Positions 34,751 to 46,519 of a stretch of 64,000 nucleotides of DNA are shown one piece after another. The stretch is from an uncultured Candidatus Saccharibacteria bacterium (GTDB lineage: Bacteria; Patescibacteriota; Minisyncoccia; Phycocordibacterales; UBA6065), in the NCBI GenBank assembly GCA_964368835.1, contig CAYJCZ010000002.1, forward strand, positions 19,893 to 83,892. Direction: 5' to 3'. The notes under the pieces are model-generated. The model did not search any database. It saw nothing but the letters and a program-made list of their open reading frames with translations, and was not told where the DNA came from. The position numbers were made by a program, and so were the translations under genes. Numbering within the stretch: the stretch's first letter is position 1; every line of letters begins with the position of its first letter.

Positions 34751-36457
34751 ATGAGCATAGTCGATATCCTTGTACAGAAAAAACTGCTAGACAAGAAAGA
34801 CGCTGCGGCTGCAACTGAAGAGGTGCGGCTTACTGGCGAATCTATTGAATCAATCCTGAGTAAAAAAGGAGTGAAGGATTTTGATATTCTCGAAGCAAAA
34901 GGAGAATACCTTGGAGTGCCAGCACTGTCGCTTAAGGATATTGATATTCCTTTTGATGTTTTGAAATACATTCCTGAGGAATCAGCGATGCATTACAAAT
35001 TTGTCCCTGTCGCTGTTGCCGATAATGCTCTTGAAGTTGGAATGGTTGACCCTGATGATATTGAGGCACGTGACGCTCTCAACTTTATCGCTTCAAAGGT
35101 AAATATGCCTTTTAAACTTTTTCTTATCACAGAAGAAGATTTTAAAGCTGCGATATCTCTTTATCGAGGACTTTCTGGAGAAGTTACAAAAGCCTTGGAT
35201 GAACTTGAAACTGATATTGATGATATTGAAAGTGAGATTGATGAAAGTCAGGTAAGTAAAGATGGCGAGACAACAATCATTGAAGATGCACCGGTTACAA
35301 AAATCGTGGCGACAATCTTGCGCTATGCCGTAGAAGGGAATGCGTCTGACATTCACGTCGAACGTATGGTTGATAAGGTTCGTGTGCGTTTCCGTGTTGA
35401 CGGTGATCTTCACACGTCACTTATTCTGCCAATTAAAGTGCACGACGCTGTCGTTGCTCGTATTAAAATTTTGTCGAACATGAAGCTTGATGAAAAGCGA
35501 AAGCCACAAGACGGCCGCTTTTCTGCTCGTATTGAAACCCGCAAGATAGACTTCCGTGTGTCTACATTCCCAGCCTATTACGGTGAAAAGGTGGTGATGC
35601 GAATTCTTGATCAGGAAAAAGGCGTGAAAACGCTTGAAGAAATTGGTTTCTCACCCCAGAACCTTCAGGCTATCAGGCGTGCGATGGCTCGACCGTATGG
35701 ACTTATTCTCGTCTCTGGTCCGACAGGATCTGGTAAGTCGACGACACTCTACTCGATGCTCAAAGAGATTAATGATGAGTCAAAAAACGTTCTTTCACTC
35801 GAAGATCCGGTTGAATACAACATGGAAGGTGTGAGCCAGTCGCAGGTAAAGCCAGAAATCGGATATACCTTTGCATCGGGACTTCGAACGACATTGCGTC
35901 AGGACCCAGACATCATCATGGTGGGAGAAATTCGAGACAAAGAGACCGCACAGCTTGCTATTCAGGCCGCGTTGACGGGTCATCTTGTGCTTTCAACTAT
36001 CCACACCAACACCGCAATCGGTGTCATTCCTCGACTTATAGACATGGGAGTAGATCCGTACCTGATTGCACCAACTTTGGCACTTTCAATGGCACAGAGA
36101 CTCGTATCAAAAATCTGCGAGGGCGGTAGAGAAGTGGTTATCGAGGGTTCAATCGACGCTATGATCACCAAACAGTTTGCAGATCTTCCTCCAGATTTTA
36201 AAAAGAATATTAAAGTTCCAAAAAGTGTCCTCGAAGCAGAAGCATCGGCGGCATGTCCTAATGGAGTACGAGGTCGAATGGCGGTTGCTGAGGTTATTGA
36301 GATGGATCGAGAATTCGAGCGAGCGATACTTACGAATGCCACTGAAGAGACGATTTATAAGCTTGCCCGAAGCAAAGGAATGCTCACTATGAAAGAGGAT
36401 GCAATTTTGAAAGCTTTCAATGGTGAGGTGCCGTGGAGCGAAGTGAATAAGCTCTAA
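34751..36457 (+). CDS. pilB: Type IV pilus assembly ATPase PilB (GspE family)
   Basis: N-terminal GSPII domain, Walker A GPTGSGKSTT, Asp and His boxes, a tetracysteine-like region. 568 aa. Confidence 0.9.
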   Translation: MSIVDILVQKKLLDKKDAAAATEEVRLTGESIESILSKKGVKDFDILEAKGEYLGVPALSLKDIDIPFDVLKYIPEESAMHYKFVPVAVADNALEVGMVDPDDIEARDALNFIASKVNMPFKLFLITEEDFKAAISLYRGLSGEVTKALDELETDIDDIESEIDESQVSKDGETTIIEDAPVTKIVATILRYAVEGNASDIHVERMVDKVRVRFRVDGDLHTSLILPIKVHDAVVARIKILSNMKLDEKRKPQDGRFSARIETRKIDFRVSTFPAYYGEKVVMRILDQEKGVKTLEEIGFSPQNLQAIRRAMARPYGLILVSGPTGSGKSTTLYSMLKEINDESKNVLSLEDPVEYNMEGVSQSQVKPEIGYTFASGLRTTLRQDPDIIMVGEIRDKETAQLAIQAALTGHLVLSTIHTNTAIGVIPRLIDMGVDPYLIAPTLALSMAQRLVSKICEGGREVVIEGSIDAMITKQFADLPPDFKKNIKVPKSVLEAEASAACPNGVRGRMAVAEVIEMDREFERAILTNATEETIYKLARSKGMLTMKEDAILKAFNGEVPWSEVNKL

Positions 36458-36493
36458 AGGAGGCGTGATATACTAAACAAGCCGCACTGTGTC

Positions 36494-36901
36494 ATGGAAA
36501 AGAAAAACGTAAAAGTGTTCATTGTAGACGATGATAAGTTCCTACTAGGAATGTATTCATTAAAGTTTGCTAATAATGGTTACGACGTCGATACGACCGT
36601 CGGTTCTCCCGCTGCACTTGAAAAGCTCCGTAGTGGTGCAAAGCCTGACGTACTCTTGCTTGATATTGTCATGCCCTATATGGACGGTCTTGAACTTCTA
36701 AAGACCATTCGTGACGAGAATCTTGCCCAAGAAGCAGTAGTTATCATGCTTACCAATCAGAGCCAGTCATCTGATATTGAGAAGGCAAAGGAGCTTAATG
36801 TTGATGGATATATTATCAAAGCGGAGACAATTCCTTCGGAAGTATTAAATCAGGTTGAAAAGATTTATACGACAAAGAAGGGAGGAGCGAAGAAGAAATA
36901 A
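36494..36901 (+). CDS. Single-domain response regulator (CheY-like receiver)
   Basis: Receiver-domain acidic residues: VDDD near the N-terminus and LLLDIVMPYMDG (putative phospho-acceptor Asp). 135 aa with no output domain. Confidence 0.8.
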   Translation: MEKKNVKVFIVDDDKFLLGMYSLKFANNGYDVDTTVGSPAALEKLRSGAKPDVLLLDIVMPYMDGLELLKTIRDENLAQEAVVIMLTNQSQSSDIEKAKELNVDGYIIKAETIPSEVLNQVEKIYTTKKGGAKKK

Positions 36902-36927
36902 AAGGCGTAATTGAAATTTAAAATAAC

Positions 36928-37995
36928 ATGGCACTCGACTACAAAAAAGAATTTGAGGATCTCATAGAGACAATGATGAAGGAATCAGCTTCTGACCTCC
37001 ATCTCTCTGAGGGAAGATACCCGACCATTCGTGTCTCGGGCTTCCTTGTGCCGCTTATGAATCGAAAGATCCTTACAAAAGAGGATACGACTGGTTTCAT
37101 GAGCGTGATTCTTACGCCTGACGACAGGGATCTCTTCCTTCGTAACAAAGAAATAGACTTTTCATACAATTACAAAGATAAAGCTCGCTTCCGAGGAAAC
37201 GGATATTTCCAGAGGGCAACCGTATCATTTGCATTTCGACTCATCCCAAAGAAGATTCGTTCGTTTGATGAACTTAATCTTCCACCAATCCTTGAAAGCT
37301 TTGCAGAAAAGCAGCAGGGATTCTTTCTCGTTGTGGGTCCTGTTGGACACGGCAAGACAACAACGCTTGCTGCCATGATTGAATCGATTAATGAGAAAAG
37401 GGCAGAGCACATCATTACAATCGAAGATCCTATCGAATATCTATACGAGCAAAAGAAATCAGTTATCGACCAACGTGAGGTTCGACTCGACACTATCGAT
37501 TTCTCTACAGCTCTACGATCAGTCTTTCGACAAGACGTTGATGTTATTTTGATTGGAGAAATGCGAGGTATCGATACTATGGCAACTGCAGTTACAGCCG
37601 CTGAAACGGGTCATCTTGTACTATCAACACTTCACACTAATAACGCAGCGCAGACTATCAACCGAATTATCGACTCATTCCCAGGAGCACAGCAGGATCA
37701 GATTCGTATCCAGCTTGCTGCAACTCTCACGGGAATCTTTTCTCAGAGACTTATTCCACGAGTATCAGGTGGACTTGTTCCAGCGTATGAACTTCTTATC
37801 TCAAACACCGCTGTTTCAAACCTTATTCGAGAGAAGCGAGTGCATGAAATCAATACTGTTATCGAGACCGGTCTCGAGCACGGTATGATTGATATGAACA
37901 GGTCGCTTGCGGACTTGGTTCGCCGAGGAGAGATCACTGCCGAGAATGCATATCTTTATTCACCGAATCCAAAGATTCTCGAACGACTTATATAA
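36928..37995 (+). CDS. pilT: Twitching motility ATPase PilT
   Basis: Walker A GPVGHGKTTT, Asp/His boxes, 355 aa. Confidence 0.9.
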   Translation: MALDYKKEFEDLIETMMKESASDLHLSEGRYPTIRVSGFLVPLMNRKILTKEDTTGFMSVILTPDDRDLFLRNKEIDFSYNYKDKARFRGNGYFQRATVSFAFRLIPKKIRSFDELNLPPILESFAEKQQGFFLVVGPVGHGKTTTLAAMIESINEKRAEHIITIEDPIEYLYEQKKSVIDQREVRLDTIDFSTALRSVFRQDVDVILIGEMRGIDTMATAVTAAETGHLVLSTLHTNNAAQTINRIIDSFPGAQQDQIRIQLAATLTGIFSQRLIPRVSGGLVPAYELLISNTAVSNLIREKRVHEINTVIETGLEHGMIDMNRSLADLVRRGEITAENAYLYSPNPKILERLI

Positions 37996-38011
37996 GCCTT
38001 AGATTTATTTT

Positions 38012-39220
38012 ATGTTATTTAATTACAGCGCAATAGATCAAAATCAGGGTGAATCGAAGGGCTCAATCGATGCTATCACTCTTGAAGTTGCGATTGCTTC
38101 ACTTCAACGTAGGGGACTTATCATCAAGGAAATCGCACCAGCTGAAGAAAAATCTTTCTTCAAGCGAGATTTTACGTTGTTTGCACGCGTTTCAAATAAA
38201 GACGTTGTGGTTTTGTCACGACAGCTTGCAACACTTTTCGAAGCACAGGTTTCTGCGCTTCGAGTTTTCAGACTTCTTGCTGGTGAAACTGAGAATATCA
38301 TCCTTCGAAAAGCGCTTACTCAAATATCAGATGAGCTTCAGGCGGGTAGCTCTATTTCAAAGGCGCTTGCAAAGCATCCAAAAGTTTTCTCCGACTTCTA
38401 TGTAAACATGGTGCGCTCAGGTGAAGAGTCAGGAAAGCTTGATGAAGTATTCCTTTTCCTCGCAGAACACCTTGATCGTGCATACGAGGTTAACTCAAAG
38501 GCACGTAACGCTTTGATTTATCCTGCGTTCGTTATCTTTACATTCGTAGTGGTGATGATTCTCATGCTTACGATTGTTATTCCTAAAATCAGCGGTATTT
38601 TGATTGAGTCAGGGCAGGATATTCCGTTATATACCAAATTCGTCATAGGTTTTTCTCAGTTTTTCACTTCGTACGGACTTCTATTGCTTGTCGTGGTAAT
38701 TATTATGGGCTTCCTCTTGTATCGTTACTCAAAAACGGAATCAGGGGCACTTGCTTTTGATGATCTAAAAATCACTGCGCCTTTTGTAAAACATCTCTAT
38801 CAGAAGCTCTATCTTTCTCGAATCTCAGATAACATGAATACGCTACTTATCTCTGGTATTCCTATGATTCGTTCGCTTGAGCTTACGTCAAACGTGGTGG
38901 GTAATGCGGTATATAAACAAGTGCTCGATGAGGCTATAGAGGATGTAAAGGGAGGTAAATCAGTGTCAGAGGCGCTTTCTGGCAAGAAAGTGATTCCAGG
39001 CATCATGGTTCAAATGATTAAGGTGGGAGAGGAGTCTGGTGAACTTGGAAAGATCTTGAAGACATTGTCTATATTCTATAGTCGTGAGGTGGTAAACGCT
39101 GTAGATACGCTCGTAGACCTTATTGAGCCTGCTATGATCGTTCTATTGGGTCTAGGCGTGGGATTTCTCCTCGCTTCAGTGCTCATTCCTATCTACAATA
39201 TTTCAGCAAATATCTCATAA
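38012..39220 (+). CDS. pilC: Type IV pilus platform protein PilC (GspF family)
   Basis: Two GspF repeats and three TM segments. 402 aa. Confidence 0.85.
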   Translation: MLFNYSAIDQNQGESKGSIDAITLEVAIASLQRRGLIIKEIAPAEEKSFFKRDFTLFARVSNKDVVVLSRQLATLFEAQVSALRVFRLLAGETENIILRKALTQISDELQAGSSISKALAKHPKVFSDFYVNMVRSGEESGKLDEVFLFLAEHLDRAYEVNSKARNALIYPAFVIFTFVVVMILMLTIVIPKISGILIESGQDIPLYTKFVIGFSQFFTSYGLLLLVVVIIMGFLLYRYSKTESGALAFDDLKITAPFVKHLYQKLYLSRISDNMNTLLISGIPMIRSLELTSNVVGNAVYKQVLDEAIEDVKGGKSVSEALSGKKVIPGIMVQMIKVGEESGELGKILKTLSIFYSREVVNAVDTLVDLIEPAMIVLLGLGVGFLLASVLIPIYNISANIS

Positions 39221-39237
39221 TTCTGGAGATTTTTGGG

Positions 39238-39272
39238 AAAAGCCGGTTTCGCGGAGCGAAACCGGCTTTTCA
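39238..39272 (+). terminator. Rho-independent terminator after pilC
   Basis: agccggtttcgc-ggag-gcgaaaccggct followed by tttt. Confidence 0.6.
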
Positions 39273-39450
39273 CTTGTCCACATATTTAAATTAGCCATGA
39301 AAAATTCCGTTCTGTATAATGTAAGGGCCGATTTATATTGTTTCGGTCGTTTCCCGGCCCGCCCAAGTGCTTGCTAACAAGACATCAAGATTCGAGCTTT
39401 TGAGCGGAGCGGGAATCGGTATTATTAGGTTTTATAAAAAATTACTTTCT

Positions 39451-39903
39451 ATGAATAAGACAAAGGGTTTCACACTCATCGAACTCCTCGTCGTTATCGC
39501 GATCATCGGTATCCTTTCATCTGTTGTTTTGGCATCGCTCAACACAGCTCGAGCTAAGGGTGCAGATGCAGCTGTTAAGTCTCAGTTGTCACAGATCCGT
39601 TCTCAGGCAGAAATTGTCTATGACGGAGCTTCACCAAATGCTTACACTACCGTTTGTGCTGATCCAGTTGTAACACAGGCTCTCGCTGGAGCAAAAAATA
39701 GTAGCGGAGCAGCAGATGCTACCATCGTTGCGCTAGCTACTGTTGGTACAGCGACTGCGGTTACTTGCCACTCTAGCGCTGCAGGTTATGCGGTTGTTTC
39801 TCCACTACGAGGTGGAAACTATTGGTGCGTTGACTCTTCAGGAGCATCAGTATCACAGACAGCTGTTCTACCAGCAAACGAAGTGGATTGTACCTATCCT
39901 TAG
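39451..39903 (+). CDS. Type IV pilin (major pilin candidate)
   Basis: Prepilin leader plus N-methylation motif MNKTKGFTLIELLVVIAIIGILSS, two Cys near the C-terminus. Start set at the ATG before the KGFTLIEL motif. Confidence 0.8.
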   Translation: MNKTKGFTLIELLVVIAIIGILSSVVLASLNTARAKGADAAVKSQLSQIRSQAEIVYDGASPNAYTTVCADPVVTQALAGAKNSSGAADATIVALATVGTATAVTCHSSAAGYAVVSPLRGGNYWCVDSSGASVSQTAVLPANEVDCTYP

Positions 39904-39913
39904 TTGATTCTAA

Positions 39914-39947
39914 TAAAAAAACCACCTGTAATGGGTGGTTTTTTTAT
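39914..39947 (+). terminator. Rho-independent terminator after pilin 1
   Basis: aaccacc-tgtaatg-ggtggtt followed by ttttttt. Confidence 0.6.
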
Positions 39948-40026
39948 TTACTGTACAAACCAACTATCTCTAAGAATGTTTGTTTGATATAATTATGTGC
40001 ATATCAACATAAAATACTAAGACTCT

Positions 40027-40521
40027 ATGAAATCTTTTAATCGTGGCTTTACACTTATTGAACTTCTGGTTGTAATTGCCATTATTGGGATATTGTCATC
40101 AGTTGTCTTGGCATCACTCAACACGGCTCGAGCTAAGGGTGCTGATGCTGCGATTAAGGCAAATCTTTCAAATATTCGTGCTCAAGCAGAGATTCAGTAT
40201 GACAACACTGGTAACTATGGTACCCAGTTCACTCCTGCGGCTCCGTGTCCGGGTGCTGGAGGTGGAAGCCTCTTTGGGAATGCTGTGGTAGCGGGCCAGA
40301 TTGCAAACGCTTTGCTTTCAAGTCCCGGACTTTCATCTTGCCATTCTGTAGGAAGTCCCGCGGCTCTCACATGGGCTGTTGCCGTACAGCTTAAGTCAAA
40401 CCTTGCTCAGGCTTTCTGCTCAGATAGCACAGGTGCTGTAAAAACTATTTCAAGTGGTGCTGGTGCATATGATCAGGCAACTCTCAATGCTGATCTTGCT
40501 GGTGGGGTGTGTGGTGTTTAG
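40027..40521 (+). CDS. Type IV pilin paralog 2
   Basis: MKSFNRGFTLIELLVVIAIIGILSSVVLASLNTARAKGADAAIK is nearly identical at the N-terminus to pilin 1. The C-terminal domain diverges and has paired Cys. Confidence 0.8.
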   Translation: MKSFNRGFTLIELLVVIAIIGILSSVVLASLNTARAKGADAAIKANLSNIRAQAEIQYDNTGNYGTQFTPAAPCPGAGGGSLFGNAVVAGQIANALLSSPGLSSCHSVGSPAALTWAVAVQLKSNLAQAFCSDSTGAVKTISSGAGAYDQATLNADLAGGVCGV

Positions 40522-40554
40522 GTGGTTTTGGAGGGTAAATTATAATCAGAACGT

Positions 40555-40971
40555 ATGAAAACAAAACCTCTTGCTCAAAAAGGATTTACTTTAATTGAGA
40601 TACTTATAGTCATCGCAATTATTGGAGTGTTTTCGGTTATAGTTCTCGCATCTACAAGCGCAGCAAGGCAAAAGGCACGTGATGAAGCAAGATTGGGCGA
40701 TCTCAGGTCAATTCAGCTCGGCCTTGCTTTGTATCATGACGTAAACAGGGGATATCCTGCTGGAACAGACATCTCTGCACTTAATGTATTGCTCACTGAG
40801 AAATACCTACCAGCTATTCCAACAGACCCTTCGGGCGCTCCATACGAGTATATGCTCACTGGCTCAAGGTACTGTCTTGGTGCAACAGTGGAACGAACTC
40901 CGCCAGAAGGGTCGGCAGTTTGTACAAGCGCACCTAGCGGATCAACGGCGAATTATAAAGTCCAACGATAA
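40555..40971 (+). CDS. Type IV pilin-like protein 3
   Basis: QKGFTLIEILIVIAIIGVFS prepilin motif. 138 aa. Confidence 0.7.
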   Translation: MKTKPLAQKGFTLIEILIVIAIIGVFSVIVLASTSAARQKARDEARLGDLRSIQLGLALYHDVNRGYPAGTDISALNVLLTEKYLPAIPTDPSGAPYEYMLTGSRYCLGATVERTPPEGSAVCTSAPSGSTANYKVQR

Positions 40972-41783
40972 TGATGGTTTGGTACATATACGCCTGCCTT
41001 TTTCTCTTTGGCCTCATCATTGGCAGTTTTCTTAATGTTGTTATTTTGCGATTTGATACGGGAAGATCTATCGCCAAGGGACGATCAGTATGCTTCACGT
41101 GCGGTAAGGTGCTCACCTGGAAAGAACTCATTCCTCTTTTTAGCTTTATAATCCAAAGAGGTAAATGCAAGGAATGCGAGGCTAAGATTTCTTGGCAATA
41201 TCCATTGGTGGAATTTGCAACAGGACTTCTTTTTGTGTCTGCGTATGCACTTAATCCTATAAGCTCATTCAGTGCTTATGGTGTGATTGCTTTTTGTGTC
41301 ACCCTTGTTGTTTTTTCTCTCTATGTACTTATGTGTGTCTACGATATACGTCATAAGGTGATTCCGGACGTTTTTTCTTATAGTGCTGCACTTGTAGCTT
41401 TGCTACTTATTGCTATCGAATACCTAAATTTGGGCACCCTTGATTTCTACAAAATAATTGCCGGCCCTGTTTTGTTTATTTTCTTTTTCTTCTTTTGGTT
41501 TGTATCAAAAGGGAGGTGGATGGGTTTGGGCGATGCAAAGCTAGCGCTTTCAGTTGGCTGGCTTCTGGGTTTATCAGGTGGAATCGCAGCAGTTTTGCTT
41601 GCGTTTTGGATCGGGTCGATTGTCTCGCTTGTTGTTATTGGTGGGCAGAAGTTATTTCAAAAGAAGGGGGAGTTTGGTCTAAAGTCGGAAATACCCTTTG
41701 GCCCATACATTCTAATAGGCTTTCTTATTGTCTACATGTTCAATGTGGACATGGGGTCAATACTTTCGGTTTTGGCTGTATAA
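40971..41783 (+). CDS. pilD: Prepilin peptidase PilD (A24 family)
   Basis: N-terminal TM, zinc-finger-like CxxC...CxxC (CFTCGKVL ... CKEC), multi-TM peptidase domain with a conserved Asp-containing loop. Confidence 0.8.
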   Translation: MMVWYIYACLFLFGLIIGSFLNVVILRFDTGRSIAKGRSVCFTCGKVLTWKELIPLFSFIIQRGKCKECEAKISWQYPLVEFATGLLFVSAYALNPISSFSAYGVIAFCVTLVVFSLYVLMCVYDIRHKVIPDVFSYSAALVALLLIAIEYLNLGTLDFYKIIAGPVLFIFFFFFWFVSKGRWMGLGDAKLALSVGWLLGLSGGIAAVLLAFWIGSIVSLVVIGGQKLFQKKGEFGLKSEIPFGPYILIGFLIVYMFNVDMGSILSVLAV

Positions 41784-41792
41784 TAAACAGGT

Positions 41793-42422
41793 ATGAGTTT
41801 TTTCTTTAGCATGTGGTCAAAACAAGGGAAGACGAACAAAACGGCGAAGGCTGGTTTTACTCTTGTAGAACTTCTTGTTTCTATTGGAATATTTACAGCC
41901 ATAACAACCATTGCTGTCGTTAACCAGTCTGATTTTAACGGCAGTGTTCTCCTAACAAATCTTGCCTATGAGATTGGACTTTCTGTGCGTCAGGCTCAGA
42001 TTTACGGTATTACGGTAAAAGGTACTGCAGTTGATGCAACCAAGTTTGATTCAGGTTATGGTATGCGATTTGATCTAGCCACACCGAACCGTTACTACCT
42101 CTTCGAAGATAAAACACCGCCAGATCATTTCTGTGATTCAACAGAGTGTGGAGCAATCTACGACAATGTAATCGAAACCTTTTATATCCAGAGAGGTAAC
42201 AGAATTTCAAAGATCTGCGTGGACGGGGATTGCAGTCCAACAGTCGTAGATATTTCCTTCGTGCGACCAAATCCAGATGCATATATACGAGTCTCTGGAA
42301 CAAGCTATGGAAAGGCAGAGATATGTGTGCTTTCGCCAGGGAAAGGAACAAAACGAAAAGTAATTGTTGAATCAACTGGGCAGATTTCTGTCGCATCAGC
42401 AGCTGGCGCCATATGCAATTAA
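41793..42422 (+). CDS. Minor pilin / pseudopilin
   Basis: AKAGFTLVELLVSIGIF prepilin motif. Confidence 0.6.
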   Translation: MSFFFSMWSKQGKTNKTAKAGFTLVELLVSIGIFTAITTIAVVNQSDFNGSVLLTNLAYEIGLSVRQAQIYGITVKGTAVDATKFDSGYGMRFDLATPNRYYLFEDKTPPDHFCDSTECGAIYDNVIETFYIQRGNRISKICVDGDCSPTVVDISFVRPNPDAYIRVSGTSYGKAEICVLSPGKGTKRKVIVESTGQISVASAAGAICN

Positions 42423-43012
42423 GATATAACCGGATGCAAAAAAATACATCACATAACAAAAATTCTGGATTCACTTTGATAGAGGTGCTTGTATCAGTGT
42501 CACTTTTTGCGATTGTGATGCTTGTAGCTACGGGGGCAGTATTTTCGGTCGTTGATGCAAATAAAAAAAGCCACAGTCTGAAATCCGTGATGACAAACCT
42601 CAATTTTGCACTTGAAAGCATGATGAGGGACATTCGAGTGGGCACTCGATATGCATGTAATGGGTCTGGAGACTGTCCTATCTCTCCCGGCTCTCGATTC
42701 ACGTATAAAGCAAACCGAGACGTTGACGGCGATAGCTTCTATGATCCCCTAGACAACAATGATCAAATTGAATATTCGCTTGTAGCAGGAAGAATCGAGA
42801 AAAGAATTTACGGAACACTACCCGCTACATATTCAATTACAGCAGAAGAAATAACAATCACATCTTTGAAGTTTTATGTGATTGGCTCTGGTAGTCTTGA
42901 TCAGAAACAGCCTAAGGTCGTATTTACGATCAGTGGTTTTTCAGGAGAAGGTAGAACGAGATCAGAATTTAATATTCAAACCACGGTTTCTCAAAGATCA
43001 CTTGATTTATAA
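42413..43012 (+). CDS. Minor pilin / pseudopilin
   Basis: KNSGFTLIEVLVSVSLFAIVM prepilin motif. Overlaps the upstream gene by 10 nt. Confidence 0.6.
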   Translation: MQLRYNRMQKNTSHNKNSGFTLIEVLVSVSLFAIVMLVATGAVFSVVDANKKSHSLKSVMTNLNFALESMMRDIRVGTRYACNGSGDCPISPGSRFTYKANRDVDGDSFYDPLDNNDQIEYSLVAGRIEKRIYGTLPATYSITAEEITITSLKFYVIGSGSLDQKQPKVVFTISGFSGEGRTRSEFNIQTTVSQRSLDL

Positions 43013-43016
43013 ACCC

Positions 43017-43580
43017 ATGAAACTATTTACTTACATAAAAAACATGAAAGGGGACAAGGGGTTTACTCTTATCGAGGGCTTGGTCGCCATTTCTATTCTT
43101 TCCGTTTCTGTAACCGCACCACTTCTTATTGCTCAAAAGGGAGTATCGTCTGCGATGTATGCTCGGGATCAAGTTACAGCTTTTTACCTTGCACAAGAAG
43201 CTGTTGAATATATCAGAAACATCAGAGACACGAACCGAATTACGGGTGCTCCTTCATGGCTCGATACTCTTACTCCGTGTATGTCTACTGGAGCAGGTGA
43301 GAAGTGTATCATTGATGCCCGCTACTCCGACCCTTTTACAAGTCCCGGTGCAATCCTTTCGTGTCCGTCAGGAAATTGCCCTACACTTCTTTTTGATCCT
43401 GCTGAAGGAATTTATGGATATGGTTCTGGATGGCAGCCAACAATATTCACCCGCAGTATATCCGTATCAAACCTAGCTTCGCCAAAGGAAGCTGAAATTG
43501 CGGTAACAATATCTTGGACGACAAAGCTTTTCTTGCCTGTACGAACATTTACTATTCGTGAGCACATATTCAATTACTAA
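43017..43580 (+). CDS. Minor pilin / pseudopilin
   Basis: Start at ATG 43017 (MKLFTYIKNMKGDKGFTLIEGLVAISIL). Prepilin motif present. Confidence 0.55.
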   Translation: MKLFTYIKNMKGDKGFTLIEGLVAISILSVSVTAPLLIAQKGVSSAMYARDQVTAFYLAQEAVEYIRNIRDTNRITGAPSWLDTLTPCMSTGAGEKCIIDARYSDPFTSPGAILSCPSGNCPTLLFDPAEGIYGYGSGWQPTIFTRSISVSNLASPKEAEIAVTISWTTKLFLPVRTFTIREHIFNY

Positions 43581-43581
43581 T

Positions 43582-44103
43582 ATGAAGAAAAAAATCCACA
43601 ACAAAGAAAATAAAGGATTCGCTCTTCTTTTCGCTGTGCTCATCTCAAGCGTACTCCTTTCAATTGGTCTTTCAATTTTCAACCTCACACTCAAAGAACT
43701 TATTCTTTCATCTTCAGGACGAGAGTCACAGTTTGCCTTTTATGCCGCAGATACAGGAGCGGAATGCGCACTTTATTGGGATTCAAAAGGGACAGACATC
43801 TTTGCTGTAAATTCAAATCCGCGAACACCAAATCCAGCTAGTCCAGACTGTGTGGGCCAAGCGATAACAATAGATAACTTTGTGGGCGCACGTACACCTA
43901 CATCAGCAACCACGCGTTTCAATGTGGTTATTCCTAATCTTGATTATCTAGGTAATCCAGCACCGTACTGTGCGATTGTAACTATTTCAAAGACTGATGT
44001 TGGAGGCATTATTGAAACAGATATCGACTCTCGAGGATACAACACAGATTGCGCGAGCACAGACCCAAATCGAGTTGAACGAGGACTTCAGGTCCACTAC
44101 TAG
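43582..44103 (+). CDS. Minor pilin-like protein
   Basis: MKKKIHNKENKGFALLFAVLISSVLLSIGL, a degenerate prepilin motif (G-F-A-L). The start is ambiguous between 43558 and 43582. Confidence 0.45.
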   Translation: MKKKIHNKENKGFALLFAVLISSVLLSIGLSIFNLTLKELILSSSGRESQFAFYAADTGAECALYWDSKGTDIFAVNSNPRTPNPASPDCVGQAITIDNFVGARTPTSATTRFNVVIPNLDYLGNPAPYCAIVTISKTDVGGIIETDIDSRGYNTDCASTDPNRVERGLQVHY

Positions 44104-44134
44104 GGTTTAGTACTACACCCCCTTTTACTTTTGA

Positions 44135-46168
<2,034 letters not shown>

Positions 46169-46212
46169 TTTCTCGAAACGAAGCTTATTTGCTATAGTGA
46201 AAACCTAAACCA

Positions 46213-46518
46213 ATGATTTCCCGCGAAGAAGTAATAAAACTCGCTAATCTCTCTCGCCTCAAGCTTTCTGAGGACGAAATAACCCGTATGCAAAAGGATA
46301 TGGGCAATATTTTGGCATACGTCGATAAACTCAAAGAAGCAAAGGGTGTTGATCACGGCCCCGTCATGTCAGTTAACAAAAATGTTCTTCGCGAAGACGT
46401 AAGCCCACTAGAAGGAGGTCTTTATACAGAAAAGCTCATCAGTCTTGCACCTAAGCATGAGAAGAACAAGGACGGCTTGTTTTTGAAGGTAAAGAAAATC
46501 CTCGGAGGATCACAATAA
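46213..46518 (+). CDS. gatC: Glu/Asp-tRNA amidotransferase subunit C
   Basis: About 100 aa protein (EEVIKLANLSRLKLSEDEI...) directly upstream of gatA. Confidence 0.85.
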   Translation: MISREEVIKLANLSRLKLSEDEITRMQKDMGNILAYVDKLKEAKGVDHGPVMSVNKNVLREDVSPLEGGLYTEKLISLAPKHEKNKDGLFLKVKKILGGSQ

Positions 46519-46519
46519 T

